From NCBI GenBank assembly GCA_049974095.1, contig JBMFJD010000001.1, positions 30,001-62,000 on the forward strand: a stretch of DNA of 32,000 nt, read 5' to 3'. Within the stretch, counting starts at the first letter, position 1; every line of letters starts with the position of its first letter. Of the stretch, positions 1 to 9,526 are shown in pieces. Origin of the DNA: Nanopusillaceae archaeon. Its GTDB lineage: Archaea > Nanobdellota > Nanobdellia > Nanobdellales > Nanobdellaceae. The position numbers and the translations under genes are program-made. The notes under the pieces were generated by a model. It did no database searches, was not told where the DNA came from, and worked only from the letters and a program-made list of their open reading frames with translations.

Positions 1-1694
1 AATGTATTCATTATATTATTATCAATGTATTCAACTCCTTCTTTACTTAATTCCTTTATCATTTCTTCTTTATAATTTATATCATTCATTGTTCCAATTT
101 TATTTCCATTATAATCATATATTTCAATTCCCTCATCTTTAACTATATATATTTTGCTTTTATTTAAATATATATCGTATGATTTATTTTTCTCTTTATC
201 AATTATTGTATATTTATATTTCATAATTATTTCTTCTTTCTTATCTTCAATCAAATTTCTTATAAATCTTGTATAATATAATATTTCTTCTTTAAATTTT
301 TCCATTTCAATTAAATCAAACTGTTTGTTTTTATATTTCTGTATATTATCCTCTAGTTCCTTTATTCCATTTAATTCTACAGATATATTCTTTTCTATAT
401 AATTTAATAATTCCTCATTAAATAATTCTTTAAATTTATTCTTTAATGTTTCATAAATCATTAAATAATTATCTATTATTTTCTTTTCATTTTCTTTATC
501 AATTATTTGTTTTAAATTTTTCATTTCAGAAATAAATTTATCTGCTTTTTCAAATACTTTCATTAAATCTTCGTATTTATATTCATTTACTAAACCATGT
601 TCAAAATCTTTTCTCATTTTCCATACTTCTTCCAAATCATTTACATATTTATTATCTAATAATCCTCTTTCAACAAATAATTTTCTTAACATTTCTGGTG
701 TTTCTTTTGGATCTCCAGGTAATAAACCATAATCCATTATAACAGATTGGCCTACAGTTATCATTGCAACTGCAAGATCTTCAATAATTAAATTATTTAT
801 TGTATTCTTTAATTTTTCTCTAGCTTCCTTTATTGCTGTCTCTGCAGCATTTATATATTTTTCAGAAGCTTCTTGAGATGGCTTTATTATTCCTTTTAAT
901 AATAATTGCTTCCATGCAATAAACATTCCTCTATCATATAACGCAATCCCATCTCTTAAAAAAGTAATTATTACAGGATTTGATTCTGATAATGATAACC
1001 AATATTCTGTTAATGTATAAACTTGTGGATGTAATATTTTTTTAGATCCTGTTATCAATTTTGCCTCCATAGCTTTTTCAGTTATTATACTAATTAATTT
1101 TGCTTTTAATTCTTCAAATGTATGCTGTTTTACATCCGTATCATCTATTACAACATATACATCTATATCAGAAGATTCTATACTTCTTCCCTTAACTTGA
1201 GATCCTGCTAATACATATGCAACTACATATCTTTGCAATAAATCAATTATTAATTTTTTATGAACAGATGTTAACTTTATTATTTCAATAAAACCTTTAT
1301 CATATAAAACATTTCCTAAGGATAATAAATCAATTAACTCAAATCTTGAATCCATAGAAATTCCTTTTATATCTTCTATTAATAATACATGTAACCATAT
1401 ATCCATCTTATTATTCTTAATTATTTCCAAATATTTTGTTATAAAATCTGTTTTTAATTTTATTTTTTCATCAGGTTTTAAATCAAAATCAGATATAACA
1501 ACAACCCAATGTTTATATGTTTCTATTTCTCTTTTAAATTTTTCAAAAATATCTTCACTTACTATTACATTGCTATAATTCATTAATCCTTTTAATAATT
1601 CTAATATATTTTGATCTTTTTCTTTAAATTCTACTATTGATAATATTCTATCTCTATATTCACTATTTAATATCTCATCTTTTAGATTATCCAT
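1..1694 (-). CDS. Nucleotidyltransferase (MNT / pol-beta superfamily) fused to a HEPN-like domain; C-terminus runs off the window
   Basis: ATG at 1694-1692 and the frame stays open to position 1. It is absent from the supplied ORF track, presumably because there is no stop in the window. My translation gives ...AYVLAGSQVKGRSIESSDIDVYVVIDD... (G-S...D-x-D minimal nucleotidyltransferase motif, ~1150-1215) and ...VWKMRKDFEHG... (R-x4-H HEPN-type motif, ~597-614), followed by a K/E-rich helical tail. Confidence 0.6.
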   Translation of the reverse strand, partial: MDNLKDEILNSEYRDRILSIVEFKEKDQNILELLKGLMNYSNVIVSEDIFEKFKREIETYKHWVVVISDFDLKPDEKIKLKTDFITKYLEIIKNNKMDIWLHVLLIEDIKGISMDSRFELIDLLSLGNVLYDKGFIEIIKLTSVHKKLIIDLLQRYVVAYVLAGSQVKGRSIESSDIDVYVVIDDTDVKQHTFEELKAKLISIITEKAMEAKLITGSKKILHPQVYTLTEYWLSLSESNPVIITFLRDGIALYDRGMFIAWKQLLLKGIIKPSQEASEKYINAAETAIKEAREKLKNTINNLIIEDLAVAMITVGQSVIMDYGLLPGDPKETPEMLRKLFVERGLLDNKYVNDLEEVWKMRKDFEHGLVNEYKYEDLMKVFEKADKFISEMKNLKQIIDKENEKKIIDNYLMIYETLKNKFKELFNEELLNYIEKNISVELNGIKELEDNIQKYKNKQFDLIEMEKFKEEILYYTRFIRNLIEDKKEEIIMKYKYTIIDKEKNKSYDIYLNKSKIYIVKDEGIEIYDYNGNKIGTMNDINYKEEMIKELSKEGVEYIDNNIMNT

Positions 1695-1717
1695 TTATAT
1701 AAAATCATTATAAATAT

Positions 1718-2260
1718 TTAAATTCTTTTTTTAAACCATTCTTCATACTTATTTATATCTATATTCTTCTCTTCTTTTTTTTCTTCTTTTTTCTCCTCAT
1801 TTTTTTCTTGATTTAAATATGATTGACTTAATTTAATTAATTCATTTACAACATAATTTTTTAACTCCTCCAAATTTTGTGGTTCTTCTTTAAATCTCTT
1901 AAAGTATAAATTAATATTATCTTCTTTATACCTTGGAATAACTTGAATAAAAATATGCTTTGTAGATTGTTTAGTTTCTCCAGAAGATAATATTATATTT
2001 ACTCCATCAAACTTTAGTTTATCTTTTAGTACATAAACAATATATTTTGCTATTGTAAACATTTTCTGATTTATCACATCATTTAATATTGAATAATCCT
2101 CTATATGTAATTTTGGAAAGATTAGAAAAGTACCTTTTGATGGAGGATAGATATCAAACACAGAAATTATGTCATTATCTTCATAAATAATATATGAAGG
2201 TACTTCCTTATTTGCAATTTTACAATATATGCATCCGTCCATAGAATTATAAATTATCAT
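1718..2260 (-). CDS. HIT-family protein with a degenerate histidine triad and a K/E-rich tail
   Basis: N-terminal CIYCKI...VPSYIIYEDNDIISVFDIYPPSKG and ...VIPRYKED align with Hint-type HIT proteins. The HxHxHxx motif reads KHIFIQV. Confidence 0.7.
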   Translation of the reverse strand: MIIYNSMDGCIYCKIANKEVPSYIIYEDNDIISVFDIYPPSKGTFLIFPKLHIEDYSILNDVINQKMFTIAKYIVYVLKDKLKFDGVNIILSSGETKQSTKHIFIQVIPRYKEDNINLYFKRFKEEPQNLEELKNYVVNELIKLSQSYLNQEKNEEKKEEKKEEKNIDINKYEEWFKKRI

Positions 2261-2277
2261 ATTCTATTAAATATTTT

Positions 2278-3255
2278 ATGATAAGCTATTCATTAATCAT
2301 GGTTATAACAATAATTCCTCTATTAATATATGCTTTTCTATTATATCTTTCAGAAAATTTAATATTAAAATATATTTCAAAATACTCTAAATATTATTCC
2401 TCTTGGCCAGAATATTATTTATTAATTTATACTGCAGGTATTGCTTCTGGATTACAAGCATTTTTACCTGGATTAGCAGTAGTATTAAATGGAAATCCTA
2501 AATTAGCATATTATTTTCAATTATATAATGTTGTATTAGATTATACTATTACTTTAGGAACTTTTATTTTAGGATTTAATTTTAACGAAAAATTAATTGA
2601 TAGTAATATTCTTGCTTTTATTACTATTGCTTTAATTGCTCAAATTATTGTACTAATATTTAAAGAAATTAATTTTTGGATGGGTGCAATATTGTATATT
2701 ATTTTCCTTCTTATTACAATATATATATTTTATAGATACAGAAAAAAAGATCAAACAAAAGTAGAGTATAAAGATTCTTTTTATGAATACTTTAAAGCTC
2801 TTGTATTTGCATTAGAGATTGCTCTTGCAGTATCAATAATATATATTGGTGGTAATATCTTAAATAATATTGCAAATACTTTCCAATCTTTGGGTTTATC
2901 AATTCCATTAATTGGATACGTAATCTCCCTAATTTTATTTACATTGCCAGATATTTTATATGGTCATATTTCCTGGTTCAAAAAGAAAGATTTAAATATA
3001 AGTATAGCATCTATAACAGGAGAAGAATTATCAGAACTTACATTATTTATAGGTATTATTGCAATGATAAATCCAATAATTTTTGGACCATCTGATATTA
3101 TCCCAATAATATCTTCAATGTCTGCTATATATTTATCTATACTTATTTTATATTTATTTTCATATAAAGGAAGAATCCCAAGATGGATTGGAATTATTTT
3201 AATATCTTTAGGAATAATTTTGGGATTTATAAATGGAATTGCAAATATATCATAA
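2278..3255 (+). CDS. Polytopic membrane protein, possibly a distant CaCA (cation/Ca2+ exchanger)-like transporter
   Basis: 325 aa, hydrophobic throughout. Two segments (IASGLQAFLPGLAVV and ITGEELSELTLFIG) loosely resemble the alpha-repeat G(S/T)SxPE motif. The family assignment is weak. Confidence 0.45.
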   Translation: MISYSLIMVITIIPLLIYAFLLYLSENLILKYISKYSKYYSSWPEYYLLIYTAGIASGLQAFLPGLAVVLNGNPKLAYYFQLYNVVLDYTITLGTFILGFNFNEKLIDSNILAFITIALIAQIIVLIFKEINFWMGAILYIIFLLITIYIFYRYRKKDQTKVEYKDSFYEYFKALVFALEIALAVSIIYIGGNILNNIANTFQSLGLSIPLIGYVISLILFTLPDILYGHISWFKKKDLNISIASITGEELSELTLFIGIIAMINPIIFGPSDIIPIISSMSAIYLSILILYLFSYKGRIPRWIGIILISLGIILGFINGIANIS

Positions 3256-3288
3256 ATTTAAAAATTTATTTATAATTTTTAATTTAAA

Positions 3289-3405
3289 ATGAGAAGAAGT
3301 TCAAGAAGATGGAAAAAATATTTAAGATCTAGATGGAAATGGCAAAAGAGAAGAATTAGAGAAGAAAAAAGATTAAGAAAAATTGCAAGATTAAGAGCTT
3401 TATAA
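3289..3405 (+). CDS. rpl41e: Ribosomal protein eL41 (L41e), 38 aa; below the ORF-track size cutoff
   Basis: My translation is MRRSSRRWKKYLRSRWKWQKRRIREEKRLRKIARLRAL*. The RRWKK...RWKW.KRR.R pattern and extreme basicity match archaeal L41e. Confidence 0.7.
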   Translation: MRRSSRRWKKYLRSRWKWQKRRIREEKRLRKIARLRAL

Positions 3406-3414
3406 ATACTAACC

Positions 3415-3426
3415 TTTTTAAATATT
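3415..3426 (+). promoter_or_regulatory. Candidate TATA box for the 16S rRNA transcript
   Basis: TTTTTAAATATT lies about 25-30 nt upstream of the first GC-rich leader hairpin (3450-3501). TATA-like strings are common in this AT-rich DNA, so support is limited. Confidence 0.3.
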
Positions 3427-3596
3427 AAAACAATTTATCTAATACATACCCCTGTAATATAAATCCTACCGAAAACTATGAGGTAGGATAATAATACAGG
3501 GAACAAATGTGGAGATAATCTGAAAAGGGGATAAATGCAGTGGAGATAGCGGCCGTACTTTTCGGGTTTAGGCCCGCGGTGGGTTAAATCCACCGA

Positions 3597-5088
<1,492 letters not shown>

Positions 5089-5139
5089 ATCTCCACTGCA
5101 ATCCCCAAATTTTATTTCCCTTTCTTTTACCATATTATA

Positions 5140-6348
5140 ATGTTTGAGATAAAGTATAGAGATGGAGCTGGAAGAATTGGAATACTGAAGTACAAAAATA
5201 AAAAAATAGAAACTCCTATTTTGTTACCTGTAATAAATCCAAATAATTCAATTTTACCTATAGAGGATATAAAAAAATATAAAATAAGTGCAATAATGAC
5301 AAATGCCTATATTTTATATAAAAAGAAAGTAAATGAAGATATACATAAATATTTGAATTTTAATGGGATAATAGAAACTGATTCTGGATCATATCAAATA
5401 TTACATTATAAAAAGGAATTAGAAATAAATAATAAAGAAATTATAGAATATCAAATAAGAATTAATTCTGATATTATTAATGTATTAGATTTACCAACAG
5501 ATATTGATAAATCTAGAGAAGAAGCTGAAAAAGAATTAAATATAACTGTTGAGAGAATAAAGGAAGGTATTGAAATAAAAGGAGATAAATTAATAAATGG
5601 AGCAATACAGGGAGGAGTATATGTTGACTTAAGAAAAAAAGCAGCAGAAATTGTAAGAAATTTAAATGTAGATATATTTGCAATTGGAACAATTGTTCCC
5701 TATATGATAAATTATAAATTTGATAAATTATTTGAACTAATTATTGAACCAAAAATTATTTTACCATTTAATAAACCGGCTCATTTATTTGGAATGGGTC
5801 ATACATTAACATTACCTTTATCTATTTATCTTGGAGGAGATATATTCGATTCTGCTTCATATGTTTTATTTGCAAAAGATAAAAGAATATTAACACCATA
5901 TGGAACATTTAGATTTGATGAAACAAAAAATATTTATTTAGAAACAAAAAATAATTTATATCACTTAGAAGAATTAAAAGATCTAGATGAAAAAGAATTA
6001 ATAAAGATAATTGCAGAACATAATTTATATACATTAATAAAAGAAATAGAAATAATAAAAGATGCTATTAAGAATCAATATTTAACTGATTTAGTTCTAA
6101 TTAAAGCACATGTTCATTATTCAATATATAAAGCAACAAAAAAAATATTAGAGAAATATTATGAATATCTAAAAAATTTAGAACCTGTAAGAAAAAGATC
6201 TGGAATTTTCTATGGAGGAGAATTGAATGAAATTAGAGTAGATGTAAAAAGAGCAATTGAAAGATTAAACGAAAGAGTTGATAAAAAAGATATTGAAGAA
6301 ATATATGATTATGTTTATCCTTTTAATTCATTTAAAAATATAAAATGA
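5140..6348 (+). CDS. tgtA: Archaeosine tRNA-guanine transglycosylase, catalytic domain only (truncated or split ArcTGT)
   Basis: ETPILLPVINP, IETDSGSYQ, LFGMGHTLTLPLSIYLGGDIFDSASY and AEHNLY motifs of TGT are present. At 402 aa it is far shorter than the ~580 aa I recall for full-length ArcTGT, and no C2/PUA domains are visible. Confidence 0.85.
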   Translation: MFEIKYRDGAGRIGILKYKNKKIETPILLPVINPNNSILPIEDIKKYKISAIMTNAYILYKKKVNEDIHKYLNFNGIIETDSGSYQILHYKKELEINNKEIIEYQIRINSDIINVLDLPTDIDKSREEAEKELNITVERIKEGIEIKGDKLINGAIQGGVYVDLRKKAAEIVRNLNVDIFAIGTIVPYMINYKFDKLFELIIEPKIILPFNKPAHLFGMGHTLTLPLSIYLGGDIFDSASYVLFAKDKRILTPYGTFRFDETKNIYLETKNNLYHLEELKDLDEKELIKIIAEHNLYTLIKEIEIIKDAIKNQYLTDLVLIKAHVHYSIYKATKKILEKYYEYLKNLEPVRKRSGIFYGGELNEIRVDVKRAIERLNERVDKKDIEEIYDYVYPFNSFKNIK

Positions 6349-6842
6349 ACCTATATGAAAAATATACAAAGAGAGAAATAAGATTATCAAAAAAATTTAA
6401 GAAAAATTCTGAGATAAATATAATAGCTTTAGAAAGTAATACAAAAGATTTTGCTTTAAATATAATAAAAAATATAGATAAAAAATTTAATATGAATTTT
6501 AAAATAAATTTAAAAACATATAAAAAGATTGAAGAAATAGAATTAACTAAAGATAGTATATTAATTTTGCCAATTGAAGGAATTTTCTTATCTTTTTTAA
6601 TTTATAATTATAATAAAGATGAAAAATATAAATATTTTATAAAAAAGAAAAATGAATTTTTTTATAATATAGGATATAATATCTCAGAATATTATATATC
6701 AAAAAATATTAATAAAGAACCTTTCTTTTTTACAGAATACAAAGATTTATTGAAATTTATTTATGATATTATTTCTTTAAAGGAAAAGTATGTTTTTGGA
6801 TTAAAAAATATTTTAGATTATTTTTCAAAATATTATTTATAA
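6345..6842 (+). CDS. Hypothetical basic protein, translationally coupled to tgtA (ATGA overlap)
   Basis: 165-aa ORF in an otherwise tightly packed region. Its start overlaps the tgtA stop by 4 nt. I recognise no motif. Confidence 0.5.
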   Translation: MNLYEKYTKREIRLSKKFKKNSEINIIALESNTKDFALNIIKNIDKKFNMNFKINLKTYKKIEEIELTKDSILILPIEGIFLSFLIYNYNKDEKYKYFIKKKNEFFYNIGYNISEYYISKNINKEPFFFTEYKDLLKFIYDIISLKEKYVFGLKNILDYFSKYYL

Positions 6843-6865
6843 AGATTATACTTTAAATATATAAA

Positions 6866-7276
6866 ATGCCAGTATTCATGATTAGAGGATATACATTGGA
6901 AGAATTAAAAAATATGTCTATTGAAGAATTTGCAAATAAAGTTGCAAATTCAAGGGTAAGAAGAACTTTATTAAGAAGATTAAAGTTAGGATTTCCACCA
7001 GAATGGGAAAATTTCTATAAAAAATGTTATTCACAATTACAAGGAAAATACAATAAAACTGTAAAAACTCATGTAAGAGAAATTACTATATTGCCATTTA
7101 TGGTTGGATGTAAAGTTGGAATACATAATGGAAAAGAATTTGTCGAATTTGAAATAAAACCAGAAATGATCGGAAGAAGATTAGGAGAATTTGCATCTAC
7201 AACAAAGAAAGTTCAACATTCAAATCCAGGTATTGGAGCCTCGAAATCTTCAAGGTTTATGAAAGCAAAGAAATAG
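6866..7276 (+). CDS. rps19: Ribosomal protein uS19 (S19p)
   Basis: ...VKTHVREITILPFMVGCKVGIHNGKEFVEFEIKPEMIGRRLGEFASTTKKVQH... is the canonical S19 core. Confidence 0.9.
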   Translation: MPVFMIRGYTLEELKNMSIEEFANKVANSRVRRTLLRRLKLGFPPEWENFYKKCYSQLQGKYNKTVKTHVREITILPFMVGCKVGIHNGKEFVEFEIKPEMIGRRLGEFASTTKKVQHSNPGIGASKSSRFMKAKK

Positions 7277-7277
7277 T

Positions 7278-8102
7278 TTATCCTAATATATTTATAAAGA
7301 AAGATCCTTTTGGTGTTAATGGCAATACCAAGTCAAACAAAAATATTACCATAAATAAGAAAATTAGAATATATTTTGCCCCTGCTTTATAAGAATCGTC
7401 ATACATTTTTCCCATAGCTAAACCTGCAAATATTGCTTGGATTATTGACATATAATACATTAAATTTGTAACAAAATCTACATTTATATTTGATGTCTGA
7501 CCTGGTAATGAAATTTGTAAAAATGGTAATAAAAATAATTCAAATGTAAATATTATTCCTAAGAAAAATATAAAAACTATATATGAATGAATTATATTTT
7601 CATGCATTTCTGCTTTTCTAGACTCCTTAATTTTTCTTACTTCCATTATACTATTTATAATTGCCTCTAATCCATTTTCTAAGTTTCCTCCTCCTTTATA
7701 TATATCAATTAATGATTTTATTGTTCTTTTTATCATATTATTATTACTCTCTTCTGCAAATTGCATAAAAGAATCTTCAATATTAATACCCCAATCTATT
7801 CTTGAAGATAAATTTCTTATTAAATCATTTATTCTCCCATAATCATTTTTTTCAATTTGTCTTAATGCTAAAGGTAATGGCAAACCTGATTTTAGTAAAT
7901 CTATTAGATCTAATGAAAATTTAATAAATTCCTCTTCTTTTTCTTTTTCTATTCTACTATTTATTTCTTGATATATTAAATATGGAAATATTCCAAAAAT
8001 AATACCAGAAACAATTGAGTCCAATAAACCAAAATTAAAAATATAAAATGAGATTAAAATAATGAAAGTTATAGAAATAATTGTTATTATTTCTATTTTC
8101 AT
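7278..8102 (-). CDS. T2SS-F-domain membrane protein, second half of a FlaJ/TadC-like pilus or archaellum platform
   Basis: An N-terminal TM pair, then LDLIDLLKSGLPLPLALRQI...GINIEDSFMQFAEES...IYKGGGNLENGLEAI (GspF/T2SSF-type helical domain), then C-terminal TMs. The start overlaps the upstream ORF by ATGA. Confidence 0.7.
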   Translation of the reverse strand: MKIEIITIISITFIILISFYIFNFGLLDSIVSGIIFGIFPYLIYQEINSRIEKEKEEEFIKFSLDLIDLLKSGLPLPLALRQIEKNDYGRINDLIRNLSSRIDWGINIEDSFMQFAEESNNNMIKRTIKSLIDIYKGGGNLENGLEAIINSIMEVRKIKESRKAEMHENIIHSYIVFIFFLGIIFTFELFLLPFLQISLPGQTSNINVDFVTNLMYYMSIIQAIFAGLAMGKMYDDSYKAGAKYILIFLFMVIFLFDLVLPLTPKGSFFINILG

Positions 8103-9484
8103 TCTTTTGATAAATTATTAAATACGAATATAAAGCCCAAATTTATTAAAGGTAATACTACATAAGTTACAATTTCTAAAATTCCTTGTATATTAACATT
8201 ATATGTTTGCTGCAATATAGACATTAGCATAATTCCAATAGATATTATTATCATTGGCAATGTTAATACCATTCCTACATATAAATCTGAGAATGTTTTC
8301 ATTACCTGTCCTATTTTTTTTAAAAAACTATTATATTTCATCATCTCTTGTTGAGAATACAACAATAAAAATTCAGATATTTTTCTTCCAGATTCTATTG
8401 TTAATATTAATTCTTCTAAAAAATCTCTTAGATCTTTTGATACTGTTTCTGAAGCAACAGATCTTAATGCATCAGTTAAACTTTCACCCAAATCAATTCT
8501 ATCCAATATTTTTTTAAATTCTTTTGATAAAAATCCATATTCATCTGTTTCACTTATTATTTTAAATATGTATTTTATTTCTATTCCTGCACTTGCTAAA
8601 GATGCCATATGTATAATTGCAAATGGCAAGTTTTTCTCTATATTTTCTCTAATATTTTTCTTTCTCTCTTGAAAATAATAAAATATTGAAAAAATTGTTA
8701 AAGAAAAGACAATAATACCATATAGGAAATAATAGAAATTATATAAATAAATTGATAAAAATATTATTATCAAAAAAAGTAGTATTGAAATAAAGATGCT
8801 TGAAGATAAAAATTCTTCAGGAGAAATATCATAATATGATTCCTTTAACATAGATTTAAGTTGAAAATATATTTTTGGAGATAAATTTAAAATTTTTTTA
8901 GATATATTTCCAAATATTTTATATGATATATTAATAAAAATTTTCTTAATTTCTTCATAATAATTTATTCCTTTCTTCTTTATTATTTTGTTTATATTTA
9001 TTTTCCTTTCTTCTTTCTCTTCTTTATCTTTTCTTTTAAATAATATATTTTCTGCCTCAAAGAATTTTCTTTCTAACTTTATTTCTTCTTTGTTAAATAC
9101 TTCTGGAAATATTTTTTGTATTTTATTCATATTCTCATCTAATCTATATTGAAAACTTTGTATATATTTATTTTCTTCCTCGCTTTTTTCTTCAATACCC
9201 TCCAAAAATCTTATTGATTTTTCTGTCTCTTCTATTATACTTATTAAATCATATAAATATGAGTATTTTTTACTTTCAAGAAAATTTATTCTATTCTCTA
9301 TTATCTTTTTTCTTCTTTCAAATTCCTTTTTATCTAAATATCCTTCCAAATATAATTTTTCAAAATATTTTATCCATTCTTTTTTCCTTTTTATTTCTTT
9401 TATTATTTTCTCTAATTTATTAGTATATCTTTTTATTTTTTCAATACTATTTTCAACGTTCAACAAAGTTTCTTTTCTAATCAT
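8099..9484 (-). CDS. T2SS-F-domain membrane protein, first half of the FlaJ/TadB-like platform, with a ~220-aa K/E-rich N-terminal coiled-coil extension
   Basis: C-terminal half has ASLASAGIEIKYIFKIISE...IDLGESLTDALRSVASET...IESGRKISEFL plus flanking TM segments. The N-terminal half is charged and helical. Confidence 0.7.
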   Translation of the reverse strand: MIRKETLLNVENSIEKIKRYTNKLEKIIKEIKRKKEWIKYFEKLYLEGYLDKKEFERRKKIIENRINFLESKKYSYLYDLISIIEETEKSIRFLEGIEEKSEEENKYIQSFQYRLDENMNKIQKIFPEVFNKEEIKLERKFFEAENILFKRKDKEEKEERKININKIIKKKGINYYEEIKKIFINISYKIFGNISKKILNLSPKIYFQLKSMLKESYYDISPEEFLSSSIFISILLFLIIIFLSIYLYNFYYFLYGIIVFSLTIFSIFYYFQERKKNIRENIEKNLPFAIIHMASLASAGIEIKYIFKIISETDEYGFLSKEFKKILDRIDLGESLTDALRSVASETVSKDLRDFLEELILTIESGRKISEFLLLYSQQEMMKYNSFLKKIGQVMKTFSDLYVGMVLTLPMIIISIGIMLMSILQQTYNVNIQGILEIVTYVVLPLINLGFIFVFNNLSKE

Positions 9485-9526
9485 GATAAATATCTTATAT
9501 ATTCCAGCATATATTAATGTTATATC

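Noticed and set aside
3477-3521. Possible C/D-box sRNA in the 16S leader (AUGAGG ... CUGA)
   Set aside because: The C-box match is poor (AUGAGG versus RUGAUGA). There is no internal D'/C' pair, and the CUGA tetramer is expected by chance.
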